Notes: a model not told the origin generated them from the letters alone. A stretch of DNA of 64,000 nucleotides from Eledone cirrhosa (GCA_964016885.1 OZ024744.1:90954001-91018000), one strand, 5' to 3'. Positions 24,738 to 38,174 are shown, counted from the stretch's first letter. Numbers and translations are program-made.

Positions 24738-24899
24738 ATCATCATCATCATCATCATCATCTTCGTTTAACGTCCATTTTCCACGCTACCATGGGTTAGA
24801 CGGGAGTTGTCCCACTTGAAGCAAGGCTGGTCGGGTGACCGTGTCTCACTCAGACTATCTGGCAGGTTTTCTACAGCTGGATGCCCTTCCTAACACCAA
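24738..24899 (-). mobile_element. RTE 3' tail fragment
   Basis: Close reverse complement of 62-220. Confidence 0.8.
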
Positions 24900-24915
24900 G
24901 TATGTATATATATAT

Positions 24916-24946
<31 letters not shown>

Positions 24947-24964
24947 TATATGTATATATATTTA

Positions 24965-25284
24965 CACTGTAAATGCTCGAATATAAGCCGAGAAGTATGT
25001 GACCAAAAGGTCAATGGTAAAATTGGATATGTCATCTAAATGTATTGATTTTAGGCTACTCAGCTTATAAATAAGGTTTGGATTTTTGCATATATCTCAG
25101 ACATAAAATAGGGAAGTGTCAGCTTATATCTGCCATCTAAACAATGTGTTGATTTCAAGTACCTCGACTTGGGGGGTTTTGATTTTTGCCCATTTCTCAG
25201 ACATATAATAGGATGTGTGTGTGTGTGTGTGGGGGGGGGGGGTCCAGCTTATATATGGATCGGCTTTTATTCGAGTATATACAC
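24965..25284. mobile_element. Tc1/mariner (pogo-like) MITE
   Basis: Imperfect TIRs gtaaatgctcgaatataagccg / cggcttttattcgagtatatac. Confidence 0.7.
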
Positions 25285-25527
25285 ACAGAGGATGGCCGCT
25301 GGGTAAAGAAGTGCCAAGAAATCCCAGTAGAAGGAAGACGTAGTAGAGGTAGACCACGAAAAACATGGGCGGAGGTGGTGATGAGAGCAGACCCCAGTTC
25401 GCTGAAGCTCACGGAGGAGATGACGAAGGACCGTGACAAGTGGAGAGATGCTGTGCTGAATAGGACCTGTCCAACCTTTGCAAGCAGGGAAAGGCGGACG
25501 TAAAATGATGATGATGATGATGATGAT
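25285..25527 (+). mobile_element. Short RTE 3' fragment (same subfamily as 14378-15523)
   Basis: EDGRWVKKCQEIPVEGRRSRGRPRKTWAEVV...RERRT* then (ATG)n. Confidence 0.9.
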
Positions 25528-25727
25528 ACAATATATTTGGACATAATTAAAGAAAATTATGAAGAGAAACTTAAACCGGCCATCCAATATTGTTTGGTTG
25601 AAGACCAAGTTAGCCTCGGAAAAATATACAATTATAGCCTGGAATTTGACACAAACAAATTCAAAGAAGTCATTATGAGTTGATGATATGTCAGTGGCAA
25701 TAACGATATTGATTTCTGATATATTAG

Positions 25728-27320
25728 TAATAATGGTGGTGATGGTGATGATGGTGGTGGTGATGGTGATGGTGATGTTAGCAGTGATGGTGGTGGTGGT
25801 GGTGGTGGTGATGATGATGGTGGTGGTGGTAATGTTAGCAGTGATGGTGGTGGTGATGGTGGTGATGATGGTGGTGGTGATGATGGTGATGGTGGTGGTA
25901 ATGTTAGCAGTGATGGTGATGGTGGTGATGATGATGATGGTGGTGGTGGTGGTGATGGTGGTGGTGGTGGTGATGGTGGTGGTGGTGGTGTTGGTGTTGG
26001 TGTTGGTAATGGTAATGTTAGCAGTGATGGTGATGGTGGTGATGATGATGGTGGTGGTGGTGGTGGTGGTGATGGTGGTGGTGGTGGTGTTGGTGTTGGT
26101 AATGGTAATGTTAGCAGTGATGGTGGTGATAGTGATAGTGTTGGTAGTGTTAACATTAGCAGTGATGGTGGTGGTGGTGGTGGTGGTGGTGATGGTAATG
26201 ATGATGGTGGTGGTGGTTGGTAATGTTAGCAGTGATGGTGGTGGTGGTGGTGGTGGTGGTGATAGTGATGGTGATGGTGTTGGTAGTGTTAACATTAGCA
26301 GTGGTGGTGGTGGTGGTGATGATGATAGTGATGATGATGGTGGTGGTGATGGTGATGGTGTTGGTGGTGGTGTTGGTGATGATGATGATAATAGTGTTAA
26401 TGTTAGCAGTGGTGGTGGTGGTGGTGGTGATGATGGTGGTGGTGATGATGGTGGTGGTGGTGGTGGTGGTGGTGGTGGTGATGATGATGATGATGATGAT
26501 GGTGATGATGATGGTGGTGGTGGTAATGGTGGTGGTGGTGGTGGTGTTGGTGCTGGTATAAGTGTTAGTGATGATGGTGGAGATGTTAGTGTTGCTTTTG
26601 TTGTTGATGGCAGTGGTGATAATGATGATGTTGTGTTCATGGTGGTAATGATAATGATGATGATGTTGGTACTGGTGGGAGGTGGTGATGTGGTGATGAT
26701 GATAGTAGTTATGGTGATGTTGATAGTGCCAGTGTTAGTGCTGGTATGACATTAGTTGTGGTGGTGGTATTGGTATTGGTGTTGGTGGTGATGGTGTTAG
26801 AGCTGGGATGTTGATGTTGGTGGTGATGGTGTTAGAGCTGGGATGTTGATGTTGGTGGTGATGGTGTTAGTGGTAGTGGTGATGGTGTTAGCTGTGGTGG
26901 TGTTGGTGTTGTTAGTGTTGGAGGTGTTGGTATTAGTGGTAGTGATGTTAGCTGTGGTTGGTGTTGGTATTAGTGGTAGAGGTGTTGGTGTTAGTGGTAG
27001 TGGTGATGGTGTTAGCTGTGGTGGTGTTGGTGTTGTTAGTGTTGGAGGTGTTGGTATTAGTGGTAGTGATGTTAGCTGTGGTTGGTGTTGGTATTAGTGC
27101 TGGTATTAGTGGTAGAGGTGTTGGTGTTAGTGGTAGTGGTGATGGTGTTAGCTGTGGTGGTGTTGGTGTTGTTAGTGTTGGAGGTGTTTGTATTAGTGGT
27201 AGTGATGTTAGCTGTGGTTGGTGTTGGTATTAGTGCTGGTATTAGTGGTAGAGGTGTTGGTGTTAGTGGTAGTGGTGATGGTGTTAGCTGTGGTGGTGTT
27301 GTTAGTGGTGGTGGTGTTGA
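25728..27320. repeat. (GGT/GAT)n compound microsatellite with 124-136 bp superunits at 26865-27300
   Basis: Recurrent gttagcagtgatgg and ggtagaggtgttggtgttagtggtagt markers. Confidence 0.92.
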
Positions 27321-27379
27321 CTATGAACTGTGGAGTGGATGCAGTGCAAAAAAAAAAAATACATTGTTTAATCAATTCA

Positions 27380-27800
27380 GGAGGAATTATCCAAGGAAAA
27401 GCCCCTGATATAAAATAAAGACAACTATGAGAGATTAAAAAAAATCATGTATAATTCTCATCCAAAACCATGAGTTACAGTTTGATACAAAGTATATTTA
27501 AACCAGCCACAAATATCAATATTGCGTAATGGCAATAATAAAAATACTGCCAATAATAATAGGTGCTCTGGGAATGATAAAAACACACAATCAAATACAT
27601 AGCCAAAACCCCAGGACTTACAAATATATACAACAGGCAAAAGATAACACTACTCGGCACTGCACATATATTATGAAAAGTACTATCAATACAGTAGAGA
27701 CAACATCAGCAAAAACTACACTGCTCATACCCAAGGCACACAGAGCTGTGCTTAGTAAAGCAGCAATGATGTGCAATAAAAATAATAATGGAAATAATAA
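27380..27800 (+). pseudogene. C-terminal fragment of an RLE-encoding (R4/NeSL-like) non-LTR retrotransposon with (AAT)n tail
   Basis: ILPIIIGALGMIK, then after a frameshift QKITLLGTAHIL.KVL. An upstream KAPDI may be the PD motif. Confidence 0.75.
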
Positions 27801-27809
27801 TACTAGTAG

Positions 27810-30800
27810 AAGTAGTAATATTGGGGTCTTGGCAACAGTGAGCAGAGATCTTGAGAAGTACATTAAACAAATAGGGATTGCAATATGGATAGAACAGTAA
27901 CAAGAAACAGCATTGCTTGGAACAGCCCGAATATTCTGGAGGGTTCTCGAAAAATAAGGCGTGTTACCTCAGTTCACTGAAATACATCTCTAGTGTTAGA
28001 AGCTGAGATAAGGGGTGTTACCTCAGTCCACTGGTAGTGACCAGCTAACACTGTAATACATCTCTAGTGTTAGAAGCTGAGATAAGGGGTGTTACCCCCA
28101 GTCCACTGGTAGTGAACAGTTAACACTGTAATACATCTCCAGTGTTAGAAGCTGAGATAAGGGGTGTTACCCCCAGTCCACTGGTAGTGAACAGTTAACA
28201 CTGTAATACATCTCCAGTGTTAGAAGCTGAGATAAGGGGTGTTACCTCAGTTCACTGGTAGTGAACAGTTAACACTGTAATACATCTCCAGTGTTAGAAG
28301 CTGAGATAAGGGGTGTTACCTCAGTCCACTGGTAGTGAACAGCTAACACTGTAATACATCTCCAGTGTTAGAAGCTGAGATAAAGGGTGTTACCCCCAGT
28401 CCACTGGTAGTGAACAGTTAACACTGTAATACATCTCCAGCGTTAGAAGCTGAGATAAGGGGTGTTACCCCCAGTCCACTGGTAGTGAACAGCTAACACT
28501 GTAATACATCTCCAGCATTAAAAGCTGAGATAAGGGGTGTTACCTCAGTTCACTGGCAGTGAACAGCTAACACTGTAATACATCTCCAGCATTAAAAGCT
28601 GAGATAAGGGGTGTTACCCCCAGTCCACTGGTAGTGAACAGCTAACACTGTAATACATCTCCAGTGTTAGAAGCTGAGATAAGGGGTGTTACCTCAGTCC
28701 ACTGGTAGTGAACAGCTAACACTGTAATACATCTCCAGTGTTAGAAGCTGAGATAAGGGGTGTTACTTCAGTTCACTGGTAGTGAACAGCTAACACTGTA
28801 ATACATCTCCAGCATTAAAAGCTGAGATAAGGGGTGTTACCCCCAGTCCACTGGTAGTGAACAGCTAACACTGTAATACATCTCCAGTGTTAGAAGCTGA
28901 GATAAGGGGTGTTACCTCAGTTCACTGGTAGTGAACAGCTAACATTGTAATACATCTCCAGTGTTAGAAGCTGAGATAAGGGGTGTTACTTCAGTTCACT
29001 GGTAGTGAACAGCTAACACTGTAATACATCTCCAGCATTAAAAGCTGAGATAAGGGGTGTTACCCCCAGTCCACTGGTAGTGAACAGCTAACACTGTAAT
29101 ACATCTCTAGTGTTAGAAGCTGAGATAAGGGGTGTTACCTCAGTTAACTGGTAGTGAACAGTTAACACTGTAATACATCTCCAGTGTTAGAAGCTGAGAT
29201 AAGGGGTGTTACCCCCAGTTCACTTGTAGTGAACAGCTAACACTGTAATACATCTCCAGTGTTAGAAGCTGAGATAAGGGGTGTTACCCCCAGTTCACTT
29301 GTAGTGAACAGTTAACACTGTAATACATCTCCAGTGTTAGAAGCTGAGATAAGGGGTGTTACCCCCAGTCCACTGGTAGTGAACAGCTAACACTGTAATA
29401 CATCTCTAGTGTTAGAAGCTGAGATAAGGGGTGTTACCTCAGTTCACTGGTAGTGAACAGCTAACACTGTAATACATCTCTAGTGTTAGAAGCTGAGATA
29501 AGGGGTGTTACCTCAGTTAACTGGTAGTGAACAGTTAACACTGTAATACATCTCCAGTGTTAGAAGCTGAGATAAGGGGTGTTACTTCAGTTTACTGGTA
29601 GTGAACAGCTAACACTGTAATACATCTCCAGTGTTAGAACCTGAGATAAGGGATGTTACCTCAGTTCACTGGTAGTGAACAGCTAACACTGTAATACATC
29701 TCCAGTGTTAGAACCTGAGATAAGGGATGTTACCTCAGTTCACTGGTAGTGAACAGCTAACACTGTAATACATCTCCAGTGTTAGAACCTGAGATAAGGG
29801 ATGTTACCTCAGTTCACTGGTAGTGAACAGCTAACACTGTAATACATCTCTAGTGTTAGAAGCTGAGATAAGGGGTGTTACCTCAGTTCACTTGTAGTGA
29901 ACAGCTAACACTGTAATACATCTCTAGTGTTAGAAGCTGAGATAAGGGGTGTTACCTCAGTTTACTGGTAGTGAACAGCTAACACTGTAATATATCTCTA
30001 GTGTTAGAAGCTGAGATAAGGGGTGTTACCTCAGTTTACTGGTAGTGAACAGCTAACACTGTAATACATCTCCAGCATTAAAAGCTGAGATAAGGGGTGT
30101 TACCTCAGTTCACTGGCAGTGAACAGCTAACACTGTAATACATCTCCAGTGTTAGAAGCTGAGATAAGGGGTGTTAGCCCCAGTCCACTGGTAGTGAACA
30201 GCTAACACTGTAATACATCTCCAGTGTTAGAAGCTGAGATAAGGGGTGTTACCCCCAGTCCACTGGTAGTGAACAGCTAACACTGTAATATATCTCCAGT
30301 GTTAGAAGCTGAGATAAGGGGTGTTACCTCAGTTCACTGGTAGTGAACAGCTAACACTGTAATACATCTCCAGTGTTAGAAGCTGAGATAAGGGGTGTTA
30401 CCCCTAGTTCACTGGTAGTGAACAGCTAACACTGTAATACATCTCCAGCATTAAAAGCTGAGATAAGGGGTGTTACCTCAGTTCACTGGCAGTGAACAGC
30501 TAACACTGTAATACATCTCCAGTGTTAGAAGCTGAGATAAGGGGTGTTAGCCCCAGTCCACTGGTAGTGAACAGCTAACACTGTAATACATCTCCAGTGT
30601 TAGAAGCTGAGATAAGGGGTGTTACCCCCAGTCCACTGGTAGTGAACAGCTAACACTGTAATATATCTCCAGTGTTAGAAGCTGAGATAAGGGGTGTTAC
30701 CTCAGTTCACTGGTAGTGAACAGCTAACACTGTAATACATCTCCAGTGTTAGAAGCTGAGATAAGGGGTGTTACCCCCAGTTCACTGGTAGTGAACAGCT

Positions 30801-31015
30801 AACACTGTAATACATCTCCAGTGTTAGAAGCTGAGATAAGGGGTGTTACTCCCAGTTCACTGGTAGTGAACAGCTAACACTGTAATACATCTCCAGTGTT
30901 AGAAGCTGAGATAAGGGGTGTTACTCCCAGTTCACTGGTAGTGAACAGCTAACACTGTAATACATCTCCAGTGTTAGAAGTTGACCGAAGAAACAACAAT
31001 AATAATAATAATAAT
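27810..31015 (+). mobile_element. Second RLE-type retrotransposon 3' end whose 3' UTR is tandemly amplified
   Basis: VVI.GVLATVSRDLEKYIKQIGI...ETALLGTARIFWRVLEK* (to 27957), then the 74-bp array, then an (AAT)n tail at about 30992-31015. Confidence 0.75.
27981..30983 (+). repeat. 74-bp minisatellite, about 40 copies
   Basis: Unit aagctgagataaggggtgttacctcagttcactggtagtgaacagctaacactgtaatacatctccagtgttag. agctg at 28001 and 28075 gives a period of 74. Confidence 0.97.
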
Positions 31016-31257
31016 GGTTTCTGATTTAGGCACAAGGCCAGCAATCTTTTTGGGGGTAGGGGGATGTCGATGAAATTGACCCCAGTGCATTACTGACAAT
31101 CTCCCCAGTGCTGATGCCATGATAAAATGCACCCAGTAGTGTGCAATATCGTATGTGAGCGAGATGTGGGGCTCCCAGCCAATCTGAGAGGTTAGTTAGC
31201 ACCACTTGAGCACTACTTAGTCTGTGAAAACCCTTTCAACCTTTGCTAGTAGGGAGA

Positions 31258-31682
31258 AATGATGATAATGATTATGATGATGATGATGGTGATGGAAATG
31301 ATAATGATGATGGTGATGATGACAATGGTAATGATAATGATGACGATGGTAATGATAATGATGATGGTAATGATAATGACGATGGTAATGATGATGACAA
31401 TGGTAATGATAATGATAATGACAATGGTAACGATGATGACAATGGTAATGATAATGATGGTAATGATAATGATGATGGTAATGATAATGACGATGGTAAT
31501 GATGATGACAATGGTAATGATGGTGATGATGGTAATGATGGTGATGATGGTATTGGTGGTGATGATGGTGATGACAACGATAGTAACGATGATAATGACA
31601 AAGATGGTAATAATGGAGATGATGATGATGATGATAATGATGATGATGATGGCAATCATCATCATCATCATCATCATCATCA
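31258..31682. repeat. (GAT/AAT)n microsatellite flipping to (CAT)n
   Basis: Direct inspection. The (CAT)n part is the tail of the adjacent minus-strand RTE. Confidence 0.92.
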
Positions 31683-32127
31683 CCGTTTTACGTCCGTTCT
31701 TCCACGCTAGCATGGGTTAGCCAGGTTGTCCTGTTGTGGGCAAGGCTAGGTCAGGTGTCCATGTCTTGCTCATACAGAACTGATTTTGGCTTGATTTCTA
31801 CAGCTGGATGCCCTTCCTAACACCAACCTCATTTACAGTGAGTGCTGGGTGCTTTTTCGTGGCGCCTACACGTCCACTTTACAGTGTGGGCTGGGTGCTT
31901 TTTTGCCGTGGCACCTCCACGACCACCTTGCAGTGGGGGCATATTGTCTATATGCTTCAGCTTGTACCCATGGGAGGTCGGGTACTCTGTATTACTGCGT
32001 GACGCCAGAGGTCACGGCCGTGTGTCATCGCCTTTGAGAGGTGTAATTGAGTAAGGTCGGTTTTTATCACCTCATCCCAGGTCATCTTGGGTCTCCCCAC
32101 TCCACGGTTTCCATCGACTTCTAGTGC
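31657..32127 (-). mobile_element. RTE 3' end (ORF C-terminus plus UTR)
   Basis: ALEVDGNRGVGRPKMTWDEVIKTDL..L.LSK.MT..RDLWR followed by the UTR and tail. Confidence 0.88.
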
Positions 32128-32240
32128 GGTGATGATAATGGCAATGATGATGATGGTGATGATGGCAATGATGATAATGGTAATAGTAATAATGATGATG
32201 ATAATGACAATGATGGTGGTAATGATGATGGTAATGATGG

Positions 32241-32284
<44 letters not shown>

Positions 32285-32384
32285 GTCACTAAAGTTTAAT
32301 CAATTAATCATATATAGTGAAAAAAATATTTTATTCTCTAGAATGAATAACACACAAACACAATTGAGTTCCAGTTCCTTCTAA

Positions 32385-35250
32385 TGACTATATTATTACA
32401 TTACTATACTACTATAATAGTATATTACTACATTACTATATGACTACATTACTATACTACTACAATAGTATATTACTACATTACTATAGGACTACATTAC
32501 TATATGACTACATTACTATACTACTACAATAGTATATTACTACATTACTATATGACTACATTACTACATGACTATATTACTGCATTGCTATATTCCTACA
32601 TTACTATATGACTACATTGCTATATGACTACATTACTATATTACTACATTACTATACTACTACAATAGTATATTACTACATTACTATATGACTACATTAC
32701 TATATGACTACATTACTATATGACTACATTACTATATTACTATATTACTACATTACTATATTACTACATTACTATATTACTACATTACTACATTACTACA
32801 TTACTATATGACTACATTACTACATGACTATATTACTGCATTGCTATATTCCTACATTTCTATATGACTACATTGCTATATGACTACATTACTACATTAC
32901 TATACTACTACATTACTATACTACTACAATAGTATATTACTACATTACTATATGACTACATTACTATATGACTACATTACTATATGACTACACTACTATA
33001 TGACTACATTACTATATTACTACATTACTACATTACTACATTACTATATTACTACATTACTATATTACTACATTACTATATTACTATATTACTACATTAC
33101 TATATTACTGCATTGCTATATTATTACATTACTATATTACTACATTACTATATGACTACATTACTATATTACTATATTACTACATTACTATATTACAACA
33201 TTACTATATGACTACATTACTATATTACTATATTACTACATTACTATATTACAACATTACTATATAACTACATTACTATATGACTACATTGCTATATAAC
33301 TACATTACTATATGACTACATTGCTATATTACTGCATTGCTATATTATTACATTACTATATTACTACATTACTATATTACTACATTACTATGACTATATT
33401 ACTACATTACTACATTACTATATTACTATATTACTACATTACTATATGACTATATGACTACATTACTATATTACTACATTACTATATTACTACATTACTA
33501 TATTACTACATTACTATATTACTACATTACTATATTACTACATTACTATATTACTATATGACTACATTACTATATTACTACATTACTATATTACTATATT
33601 ACTACATTACTATATGACTACATTACTATATGACTACATTACTATATGACTACATTACTACATTGCTATATGACTACATTACTATATTACTACATTGCTA
33701 TATTACTACATTACTACAATAGTATATTACTACAATAGTATGTTACTACATTACTACAATAGTATATTACTACAATAGTATATCACTACATTTCTACATT
33801 ACTATATTACTACATTGCTATATGACTACATTACTATATTGCTACATTGCTATATGACTACATTATTATATTACTACATTACTGCATTACTATATGACTA
33901 CATTACTATATGACTACATTACTATATGACTACATTACTGCATTACTATATTACTACATTACTATATTACTACATTACTACATTACTATATTACTACATT
34001 ACTATATTACTATATTACTACATTACTATATTACTACATTACTATATTACTACATTACTATATTACTATATTACTACATTACTACATTACTATATTACTA
34101 TATTACTACATTACTATATTACTACATTACTATATTACTACATTACTATATTACTACATTACTGCATTACTATATTACTACATTACACTATATTACTATA
34201 TTACTGCATTACTATATTACTATATTACTACATTACTATATTACTACATTACTATATTACTACATTACTATATTACTACATTACTATATTACTACATTAC
34301 TATATTACTACATTACTATATTACTACATTACTACATTACTATATTACTACATTACTACATTACTATATTACTACATTACTATATTACTACATTACTGCA
34401 TTACTATATTACTACATTACTACATTACTATATTACTACATTACTATATTACTACATTACTGCATTACTATATGACTACATTACTATATGACTACATTAC
34501 TATATGACTACATTACTGCATTACTATATTACTACATTACTATATTACTACATTACTACATTACTATATTACTACATTACTACATTACTATATTACTACA
34601 TTACTACATTACTATATTACTACATTACTATATTACTACATTACTGCATTACTATATGACTACATTACTATATGACTACATTACTATATGACTACATTAC
34701 TGCATTACTATATTACTACATTACTATATTACTACATTACTACATTACTATATTACTACATTACTATATTACTATATTACTACATTACTATATTACTACA
34801 TTACTGCATTACTATATTACTATATTACTACATTACTATATTACTACATTACTGCATTACTACATTACTACATTACTGCATTACTACATTACTATATTAC
34901 TACATTACTATATTACTACATGACTACATTACTATATTACTACATTACTATATTACTACATTACTATATGACTACATTACTATATTACTTACTACATTAC
35001 TGCATTACTATATTACTACATTACTATATTACTACATTACTATATTGCTACATGACTACATGACTACATTACTATATTATTACATTACTATATTACTATA
35101 TTACTACATTACTATATTACTATATTACTACATTACTATATGACTACATTACTACATTACTATATTACTATATTATTACAATAGCATATTACTACATTAC
35201 TATATTACTATATTATTACAATAGCATATTACTACATTACTATATTACTA
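32385..35250. repeat. Octanucleotide microsatellite (CATTACTA / TATTACTA / TATGACTA variants), about 2.9 kb
   Basis: A near-strict 8-bp register with a small alphabet of variants. Confidence 0.97.
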
Positions 35251-35311
35251 TTGCAGTAGCTACATTAGCTACAATAGCCTCTACTAAAACACAAAGATTC
35301 ATGTTTTATTG

Positions 35312-35343
<32 letters not shown>

Positions 35344-35634
35344 CCGTTTTACGTCCGTTCTTCCACGCTACCATGGGTTATAAATCACACCTATTATTGT
35401 ATGTTGCTGCTGCTACACAATAACAACAGCAACAACAACAACAACAACAACAAGATAAAGATGATGATGATGATGAAGAAGAACAATAGCAACAAGAAAA
35501 AGCAGAAGATGATGATGATGAAAAAGAAGACAAAGAAGAACAACAGTAGCAACAACAAGATCAGATTAGTTAATGAAAAAACTAACAAGAAAAAAACAAA
35601 AAAAAAAGACTAGATGACTAACATTTATCATATA

Positions 35635-36525
35635 CTAGCAGTGGTACCCGGCATTGCACGGATATGGTATTTTGGAATGCGGGCCACCAATAGACCTAAA
35701 AACTGCATGCCTGGACAATATGTAACGAAAATAAACCAAATACTCTGATGGCTGGTTAATCTTTAAGATTTTCCTCGATGAAGCAGGAAAAATGCAGGTT
35801 TTCACCTAATGCGGGCCCCAGGGGATCAAGAAAATGAATTTTTTTTATGTACATAATATGCCTTGAAATTTCGGGAAAATCGGCTAGACGTAACGCCTCC
35901 GAAAAACCCTAAGAAGCTGAAAAAATGAAGTTTTTCACCTAATGCGGGCCCTAGGCCATAAGAAAGTTGGATTTTCTTTGCTTACGGTATGAAGAAGAGA
36001 CTGACTAATACATAGTTACAATTTCAAGGAAATCGGTCTGACGTAACGCCTCAAAAAACCCCTAAAAATGTTAAACAACGCAGTTTTTCACCTAATGCGG
36101 GCCCTAGGAGTTCAAAAAAGTTAAATGTGCATAACACTCCCTGAAACATAAGTAATACACATGTAAAGTTTGAAAAAAATCAGCTGGGTACTTCTCGAGT
36201 TTTAGGGATTCAAACTCACACACACATCCTCAAGGAAGTGACGTAATGCAGCCAGTCAGACATACAGACAGATATTATAAGGGTGCGACGTTATAAGTAT
36301 GTATCTATCTAAAAAGAGAAAGACTAAGAATTATAGAGCGAGATCGCTAAATCGCGTAATGTGGTCCCTGGGGCATAAAAAATTAGAAATTTTTTTTGCT
36401 CAGAACACTCCCTGAAACATACGTATTACATGTGTAAAGTTTGAAAACAGTAGGTTGAGTGGTTCTCGAGTTTTAGGGATTCGAACTCACACACAGACAG
36501 ACATCCTCAGTTTTATATATATAGA
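35635..36525 (-). mobile_element. Non-autonomous Helitron with internal subrepeats
   Basis: The minus strand begins TCtatatatataaaactgaggatg and ends ccgtgcaatgccgggtaccactgCTAG. ttttcacctaatgcgggccc occurs three times. Confidence 0.8.
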
Positions 36526-36526
36526 T

Positions 36527-37027
36527 TAGCAGAAAACCACCCGGTGGGCGGTTTTCTGCTAGCAAATCTAGTGTATATACTGATATTGTTGAGATTTCGA
36601 TGAGAAATGTTTTCGGCACCACATGTTCACCGTCTCTCGGCATGTCTTTTATGCATGTATAAATATATATGTTATCTATACGGTGAAATCTTTGAAATAA
36701 ATATATGTTAAAACGAAAAAGGAGAAAAAGAGATTAGTGACGGAAATATAAACGTTATGATACATAAACGTTATGATATAACGATGGAAATATATAAACG
36801 TTTACGATAAAACGATGGAAATAGAAACGTTTATATATAATGATAAGCCGAAACACTCATAAGTCGAAACATTCGTAAAGCGAAACGTATAAATAAAGAT
36901 TAATGTAATGAATTTGAAAAGCATAGAGATTTGAAACCGCGTCTATTTGTTTCCTTGGCATTTTTTACAGACGGACGGACAGACAGACAAACAAACAGAG
37001 AAATGCCCATTATATATTATAAGTAGA
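36527..37027 (-). mobile_element. Second Helitron-like element abutting the first
   Basis: Minus-strand 5' end TCtacttataatatataatgggcatttctctgtttgtttgtctgtc, and a terminal hairpin tagcagaaaacc...ggttttctgcta. Confidence 0.6.
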
Positions 37028-37028
37028 T

Positions 37029-37553
37029 AACGTTGCGCCCTTATAAGATCTGTCTGTATGTCTGAATGTCTGCATTACGACATTATGACGCGGTGCGTGC
37101 GTGTGTGTATGTGTGTGTATGTAAGTGTGTATGTGTGTGTGTGTATAGTGTATATATATATATATATATTACACACACAGAAATGTATATATATTTCTGT
37201 GTGTGTATATATATATATATATTACACACACACAGAAAAATGTATATATGTTTCTGTAGCACTCCTCAATTCCCACCTCTCTCCCTCCCGCTATCCCCCT
37301 CTTGTAGTCTGTCTCTTTCTTTCACTCTCACTCTCTCTCTACGCGTGCGCAAAAAACATTCGCACGCGCGCACGTGTTTTAGCGTCTATTCACTCTCTCT
37401 CTCTCCCGCTCGCTATCCTCCTCTTGTAGTCTGTCTCTTTCTTTCACTCTCACTCTCTCTCTACGCGTGCGCAAAAAACAGTCGCACGCGCGCACGTGTT
37501 TCCACTGTCGGACAGACAGACAGAGAAATTGCTGGTTACATATTATAAGGAGA
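37029..37553 (-). mobile_element. Third Helitron-like element with a duplicated block of about 122 bp
   Basis: Minus-strand 5' end TCtccttataatatgtaaccagcaatttctctgtctgtc. 37029-37080 is an inverted homologue of 36241-36292, and 37287-37500 is a two-copy repeat. Confidence 0.55.
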
Positions 37554-37640
37554 TATTCGAATATTAGCTGATACAAATATAAGTCGACCCCACTGTTTTG
37601 TGTCTGAGAAATGGGGGGGGGGGGGGGGGAAATCCAAACC

Positions 37641-37780
37641 TTATTTACTTGAATAGGGAGTGCCTTGGTCTTTCAGGTCCCACACCAGGCCCGCTAACCT
37701 AATGGAGTGCCTTTTGCTACGGTCCCTGAAGGAATTCATGTGATTATACATCCGCGATTTAAAGGTCGAGGATGTTGCAT
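37641..37780 (-). pseudogene. Penelope-like element GIY-YIG endonuclease fragment
   Basis: TSSTFKSRMYNHMNSFRDRSKRHSIRLAGLVWDLKDQGTPYS matches the FK.R..NH..SF......ST.L...W.LK pattern that follows YIG in Penelope endonucleases. Confidence 0.75.
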
Positions 37781-38174
37781 ATATATACGTGTGTGTGTGT
37801 ATGTGTGGGTGGGTACATACTCTGGAGTGTGAACAGACGTGTGAGATACCGAACCCAGCATGGCTCCATTGAAGTGTGTCGGACGGAAAATGGCTGATGA
37901 CCCGTGTAGCAGTAAATAGTGACCAGAACTTATGATGACGTAGAATAACAACAGCCAATGGCATGACAAGAGTGGAAGATGTTTTTTTTTACGATAACAC
38001 GCCAGTGAGAAAATTTTCTCCGAACGAACTACCCGTGTCCGAAGGAACCTGCAGCCATAGAATCAGCCAGATCCATGCAGAGACCATGTCTTGAGCTACC
38101 TGCCGGCGAAACAATTGTAACATGCAATAAACGGAGTCCAGATGCATCACTGATTTTTCGTTTTTTTATACTAT

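Noticed and set aside
27981-30983. CRISPR-like array
   Set aside because: The units are contiguous with no unique spacers, there are no cas genes, and the context is eukaryotic.
27981-30983. Twister or HDV-like ribozyme in the 74-bp unit (CUAACACUG resembles a twister 5' strand)
   Set aside because: By hand-folding there is no twister P4 loop or pseudoknot partners, and no HDV P3/L3/P1.1 arrangement.
32984-35143. Tyr/Ile/Thr/Leu-rich ORFs
   Set aside because: They are translations of the 8-bp microsatellite.
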